The translations under genes were made by a program, and so were the position numbers. 64,000 nucleotides of DNA from assembly GCF_902713615.1 (NCBI RefSeq), contig NC_052163.1, positions 109,918,622 to 109,982,621 of the forward strand. Direction: 5' to 3'. The notes beneath the pieces were generated by a model. It searched no databases and was not told the origin of the DNA. It saw only the letters and a list, made by a program, of their open reading frames with translations. This document shows positions 57,911 through 64,000 of this stretch, piece after piece (positions within the stretch are counted from its first letter, which is position 1; the number at the start of each line of letters is the position of its first letter). The DNA is from Scyliorhinus canicula (taxonomy: Eukaryota).

Positions 57911-60330
57911 GTGAGTCAGCGCCTTCCGCCGGGCCTGGGGGCTCCTGTTACCGGGAGCTGGGCTGCAGCTGCCCGCGGCCTAGGCCCAGTGTCCGGGGCC
58001 CAGGCTGATGTTCTTGGGGCAGTGATCAAGCCCAGGTCCTGTCCTCCAGATGGTGCTGAGCCGCTGGCGACAATTGCAGCCAAATCTCGGCCCCGGCCCG
58101 GGGTCTATTCGGCTGTTGAGGGAATCACAGCCCAAACCCAGAGTTCAGTCAGTCCCTTCACTCCATCTGTGGGAGTTAGGTCCTCAGCTCTGGAATTCCC
58201 TCCCTAATCCTCTCCCCCTCCTCAATCCTCTCCCCCGACCTCCTTCAAGACGCTTCTTAAAACCTTTCAGCGAGTTTTTGCTCACCTGTCCCAATATCTC
58301 TCTACGTGGCGCGGTGTCAAATTGTGTTTGACAATCGCTCCTGTACAGCACCTTGGGATGTTTTACTACTTTAACGATGCTAGCTGAGTGCAAGTTGTTG
58401 TTACAATTTTCTGGGCTGTTTCATTCAGGGCTTAACAAGGGTCTCAGATTCTAATGTACTCGCGCCAACATAAGTGAGTCACTTTGTCCTGATAACTATG
58501 CTGCTTCTTAAAATTACATTTTCGAGATTTCATATTCAAAGCTCATTGAACACTTGGGTCACTCAGTAACTGCAATTGATGCATTTGAATTTCTTGGTTT
58601 GGTAGTTGTTTTGATTGTGCTGAGTGAAACAGGCTGCTTTATCTCCAGATGGAGGAATATAGTGAGATGTGTAAACAGATTCCCGGATCTCGTCATTGAA
58701 TGAGTTGGTGGAGTTTGTTGACAGTGAACAAGCTTGTGCTGTTTTCATGCAAACCTGCCACCCAACGAGTTAGCAGATTTTGTTTGTGTCAGGCATTAGT
58801 CGGACTTTTGGCTTTGCGTTTTGGAAAATACAACATTTCTCAGTAGAACATTGAATGGCCACTTGGATTTCAGCAGCAAACAAAATTGTATCATCAGGTG
58901 ATTTTGAGTGCCTCTAGTATGATCACAGGTGCTTAATTTGAACAGTGTTAAAGACAGGCAGCGATGGATGTGGAGAGCGAGATAGACAAGTGTATGTTTG
59001 ATCTGTTCAATCAAAAGACAAACTGTTTCCGCTTGCAGGTTGGTCAGTTAACAAAGGCGACAGATTTTAAGATAATTGCCCGAGGAACGACAGGAGCAGT
59101 AGGAGGCCATTCAGCCTCTTTACTGCTATTCAAGTAGATCATGGCTGATCTGTGTCGTGACATAATTTACTTGCCTTCTTTCTATACTCTGCAAAAATCT
59201 GTCAATCTCAGTTTTAACATTTTTACTTGACTCCCAGCTTCAGCAGCTTTTTGGTGGAGGGTGTTGGAGATTCTATGTGAGATAAATGCTTCCTGACATC
59301 ACCCCTAAATGACCTACGTCTAATTTTAATATTACACTCTTCTGGGCACTGCCCACCAGACAGAATAGGGCTATCAGTTCCTTTAAGCATCATAAGACAC
59401 TCAATTAGGTCACACATTATTTCTATACTCGTGACAGACGAAGGCCATTCAGCCCCTCAAGCCTCTTTTGTCATTCAGTAAGATAGAATAAAGCAGTGAT
59501 ACAATACAAGAGAAGACCATTTGATCCATGCCTGTGCTGTCTCTTTGGTAGTTATCAAATTGATCCCACTCTCTTGCCACATCATCCTGTAAATATTTGT
59601 CTTTTGAGTATTTATCCAATTCCTTTTGAAATTACTATTAAACCTGCTTCCAGCACTCTTGCCAGCAGTAGATTCCAGATCATAATTTTCATTGTAATAA
59701 AATAGTTTCCTCAAATTGCCCCGATTCATTTGCCAATCGCATTGAACCTGTGCCCTCTCATTTATTCTTAGCAAAATCCATTGTGATTTTGAACAGCTCT
59801 ATCAAATCTCCTCTTGTCCAAGAAACATTGTAACCCCACCTTCTCCGATGCCTCTACTTAAGTGCAGTTTCTCATCCCAGGTCCATTCTAGCAAATTTCT
59901 TCATCATCCTTCTCAATGCCTTGACATCTTTCCTGAATTGTGGCATCTGTCCAGGATTGAGCTTGGTACTTAAACTGAGGCCTAACTAATGATTTATAAA
60001 AAAATTAGGATGATTTCCTTGCTCTTGTACTTTATTCTTCGATCAATAAAGCCACCTCAACTTGTCTCCTGAAACCTCTAAAAGTTTCAATATAAGTCAC
60101 CCCTTACCCTCCCCAAAGTTGCTGGATTCCCATTAAAATTGCACCGTTTAGTTTAAATAAAACAAAATGGTGGAATTACTGAACAGTCTGGCAGCATCTG
60201 TGGGGAAAGAAACAACATTTCAGTGAGTGACATCAGAGCCTGCCGAGTATTTCCAGCATTTGCCTGTATTTTGGTTTTTAACCATTTTTGCCTCTTTATT
60301 GTTCCCGTCATTTCTCCAGTCCTCCCAGGG

Positions 60331-60620
60331 TAGGCAGTGGCGTAGTGGTATTGTCACTGGACTAGTAATCCAGAGACCTGGGGTGATCCTCTGGGGACCC
60401 AGATTTGAATTTTATGAAAGTCTGGAATTAAAAGTCTAACGAGGACTGTGAAACTATTGTTGATTGTGGTAAAAACACATCTGGTTCACTAATATCTTTC
60501 TGGAAAGGAAATCTGCAGCCCTTACCTGGTCTGGCCAACATGTGACTCCGAACCCACAGCAATGTGGTTGATTCTTAAATGCCCACTGTAATGGCCTAAC
60601 CCATGAATGAATAATAAAAA
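60331..60620 (+). mobile_element. tRNA-derived SINE of a second family
   Basis: Head GGCAGTGGCGTAGTGGTATTGTCACTGGACTAGTAATCCAGAG; body differs from the V-SINEs. Confidence 0.6.
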
Positions 60621-63197
60621 CAATATTTGCAGTGCAGAAGGAGGTCATTCGGCCCACTGAGTCTGGACTGGCTCTCTGAAAGAGCATTCCACCTAATCCG
60701 ACTCCTCTCCCTTATCCCTGTAATCTTGCCTAATTATTTCCTTTCATAGAGCAATCCAATTTTCTTTTGAATAAGTCGATTGAATCAAACTCCAACCACC
60801 CTCTGGGTGAAAATGTTTTTCCTTACACCACTTCTACCTCTGTTGCCCATTGGTTTGAATTTGTGCCCTCTAGTTTGTACTCAAGTGGGAACAGTTCTCA
60901 CTAGTTACCAGGTCCATACCCCTCCGGACCTTGAATACCTCTATCAAGTCTCCTCTCAGCCACTTTTTCTCCAAGGAAAACAATCCCAACTTCTCCATTC
61001 TATATCCTCATAGACACAGTTCGTTATCCCTGGAATCATTCTTGTGAATCTCCTCTGGACTCTCTCCAATGCCTTCACATCCTTTCTCAAGTATGGCACC
61101 CAGAACTGGTTGGGTTCTCCAGTTGAGGCCTAACTAGTGTCTGACACAAGTCCAACATGACCTCCATATTCTTGTACTCAATGCCCTTGTTAATGAAACC
61201 TAAGATACCATATGTTTATTAACTGCTGTCTCCACATGCCCTGCTACATTCAATACGCTGAGGTCTCTTTGATCCTGCACCTCATTAAGAATTTCTTCCT
61301 TTAGTTTATACTGTATCTCCGTATTCTTCCTGCCAAAATGTGTCACCTCACACTTCTCTGCATTGAATGTCATGTGCCACTTTCACCGACATGTCTAGGT
61401 CCTTTTGAAATTCAATACTGGACGGTGCAGTGGTTAGCACTGCGCCTCACAATGTCGAGGACCCTGGTTCGATCCCGGCCCCAGGTCACTGTCCATGTGG
61501 AGTTCGTACATTCGCCCCGCGTCTGCGTAGGTCTCACCGCCACGACCCAAAGATATGCAGCGTAGGTGAATTGGCCATGCTAAATTGCCCATTAATTGGG
61601 AAATAAATAATTCGGTACTCTAAATTGATTAAAAGCAAGAAATTCAATAGAGTTGACAACGTTTGCAATCTTTGAGTCATCTTCAAATTTTGAACTCATT
61701 TCCTGAACACCACTGTCTAGGTCATTAATATAAATCAGGAGGAGCAAGGGTCCCAAACTGACCCATGGGCAATTCCACTGCTACTCCCATTTCCTGTCAC
61801 TCAGCGAATTTCTTATCCATGTGCCTACTTTCGCCTTTATTTCATGAGCTAGAATTTTGTTCACAAGTGTGCTGTGTGGCATTGTATCAAATGCCTTTTG
61901 AAAATCTATATACACCACATAACAGCATTGCCCTTATCAACCTTTTGTATTATCTCCTCAAAAAACTCCCAACAAAATAGTTAAACACCATTTCCCCTTA
62001 AGAAACCCATGCTAGATTTCCTTAATGATCCTGCACCTGTCTAGGAAACTATTGATTTTGCCCCGAATTAGAGTTTCCGCAAGTTTTCCTACTACTGAAG
62101 GCAAACTGACTGATCCGTGGTTGCCAGCATTATTCTTTAATCCCCTTTTGAGCAAGGGTGTAACATTTGCAATTCTTCTGTCGTCCAGCACCACCACCAT
62201 GTCTAAGGAAGATCCTCAGTGTCTCTGAAATTTCCACTGTCACATCCCTCAGTATCCTTGGATGCATTTCATTAGGTCGAGGTGCCTTATCAATTTTAAG
62301 TAAAGATCACCTTTCTAGCACCTCCTTTTCAAATGTGAATTCCTCGAGTGTGCCAGTGGCCTCCTTTCACCTCTACTTGGGTAGCATCTCTCCCTTTGTG
62401 AAGACTGATGCAAAGCATTTTGCTTCTGCCTCCTAATGCAAGTCTCCTTTTTTTAATCCCTAATCATCCTTATTCTTTTACCAGCTTTTTACTATTTATG
62501 TGCTTATAGAAGACAAGAACAAAGAAAAGTACAGCATAGGAACAGGCCCTTCGGCCCTCCAAGCCTGTGCCAACAATGCTGCCAGTCTAAACTAAAATCT
62601 TCTACACTTCCTGGGTCCGTATCCCTATATTCCCATCCTATTCATGTATTTGTCAAGATGCCCCTTAAATGTCATTATCGTCCCTGCTTCCACCACCTCC
62701 TCCGGCAGCAAGTTCCAGGCACCCACTACCCTCTGTGTAAGAAAACTTGCCTCATACATCTCTAAACCTTGCCCCTCGCACCTTAAACCTATGCCCCCTA
62801 GTAATTGCCTACCCTGGGAAAAAGCCTCTGACTATCCACTCTGTCTATGCCCCTCATAATTTACGACCTTGGGGTTCCTTGTTATGTTAGTTGCTAGTCT
62901 CTTTTCATAGGTTCATAAGATATAGAAGCATAATTAGACCATTTGGCCCATCGAGTCTACTCCACCATTCGATCGTGGCTGATCTCATCCTGGCCTTAAC
63001 TCCATCGTTCAGCTGTTCTCCATAACCCTTCAACCCATTACCAATTAAAAATTTGCCTAACTCCTCCTCAAATTTACTCACTGTCCCAGCATCCAACGCA
63101 ATCTGGGGTAGACCGATCTACAACTCTTTGGGAGAAGTAGGGCTGGATTGTCTGATTTTGAGGCTATGTCCGGAGCAAGTATCTAGTTTTACATTGA

Positions 63198-63641
63198 AAA
63201 AGACGGCGGTGACCTGTGGCGGCCGCACCATACAACATGGCGCCGGCCGCGCACGGGCTAGGCCTGCCAGATAGTGCCCCCCTGTAACTCTTCCCCACCC
63301 CTGGACCTACCCCCCACAAGCTCCCCCGGCCTGGGGAACCCCCCCCCCCCCCCCCCCCCCCCCGACTGTGGCAGCACTGGACACAGTCCGCAGCCGCCAC
63401 ACGAGGACTCCAGAAACTGCGGACATGCGACAGATGCCGTCGGGAAGTCGTCCCATCGGAGGAGGGCCTCAGGTGACATCCTGAGGCCGTCTCAACAGTG
63501 TGTGGCATACTCAGCGACTGCGCCATTTTTGAGGAGGCAGAGCGTCCGAAAAACACCATCGCCCCGATTTTGGCGTAAAAACGGATTCTCCGGCCAATCG
63601 GCAAACATAATTTCGGCATCGGCAATCAGGGAACCCAGCCC
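63198..63641. mobile_element. Partial GC-rich Harbinger-like MITE
   Basis: GC-rich island with GATTCTCC motifs, ending GGGAACCCAGCCC like the TIRs at 6851 and 10858; left TIR not found. Confidence 0.45.
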
Positions 63642-64000
63642 GTAGTTTCTCCTTAACACCGTTTTAAATTTCTTACCGCCTATCTTAATACCTCTCGTTC
63701 TAGAATGCCTCACAAGAGGAAGCCTCCACGGCATGCCTACTTATCCATACTTTTATCATCTTGTATACCACAATTTGATCTCGTTCTCCCTCCTTGCTTT
63801 TCTGATTAGTTTTATTCACTTTCCCTCTGGACCTTCTATATTCAACCTGATTCTCCATTGAATTTTCTACCTGTCACATGCGTACTTCTTCCTTTTCATC
63901 TTCACCTCCATCTCACTTGTCATCCAGGGCATTCTAGATTTATTTGTCCTACCGTTCCGCTTCAAGGGAATATACCTTGCCATTTCCTGCAATACCATCT

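Larger units (their letters stand above)
59080..64000 (-). mobile_element. Stack of old CR1 remnants with nested SINEs in CRTC1 intron 1
   Basis: IANVTPLLKRG...NHGSVSLPSVVGKL and several CR1-type 3' ends (GGCCATTCAGCC, GGCCCTTCGGCCC). Confidence 0.7.

Noticed and set aside
57911-58207. C-terminal part of the 140-aa CRTC1 ORF
   Set aside because: Read-through into intron 1 past a consensus GTGAGT donor

Overview
Eukaryotic (vertebrate) DNA, almost certainly a cartilaginous fish (shark): it is dominated by CR1/HER1-type LINEs, HE1-type V-SINEs, Deu-domain SINEs, L1-type LINEs, LTR elements, MITEs and GC-rich minisatellites. Three host genes are present: the first coding exon of an LRRC25-like LRR protein (minus strand, 1-492, absent from the ORF track because it runs off the window), a complete three-exon KLHL26 (30404-36692) and exon 1 of CRTC1 (57785-57910). 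The most unusual object is an endogenous retrovirus at 11445-20417. It has one LTR, a tRNA-Ser PBS, a Gag with four tandem ~73-aa coiled-coil repeats and an RT-tether-RNase H pol. Instead of integrase, env and a 3' LTR it ends in a perfect 99-bp INVERTED copy of its own U3 terminus, and the whole unit is flanked by a perfect 5-bp target-site duplication inside a split SINE. A 3'-truncated CR1 replaces its NC/protease/N-terminal RT region. All calls are by eye with no database search; repeat boundaries are approximate unless TSDs or TIRs are quoted.
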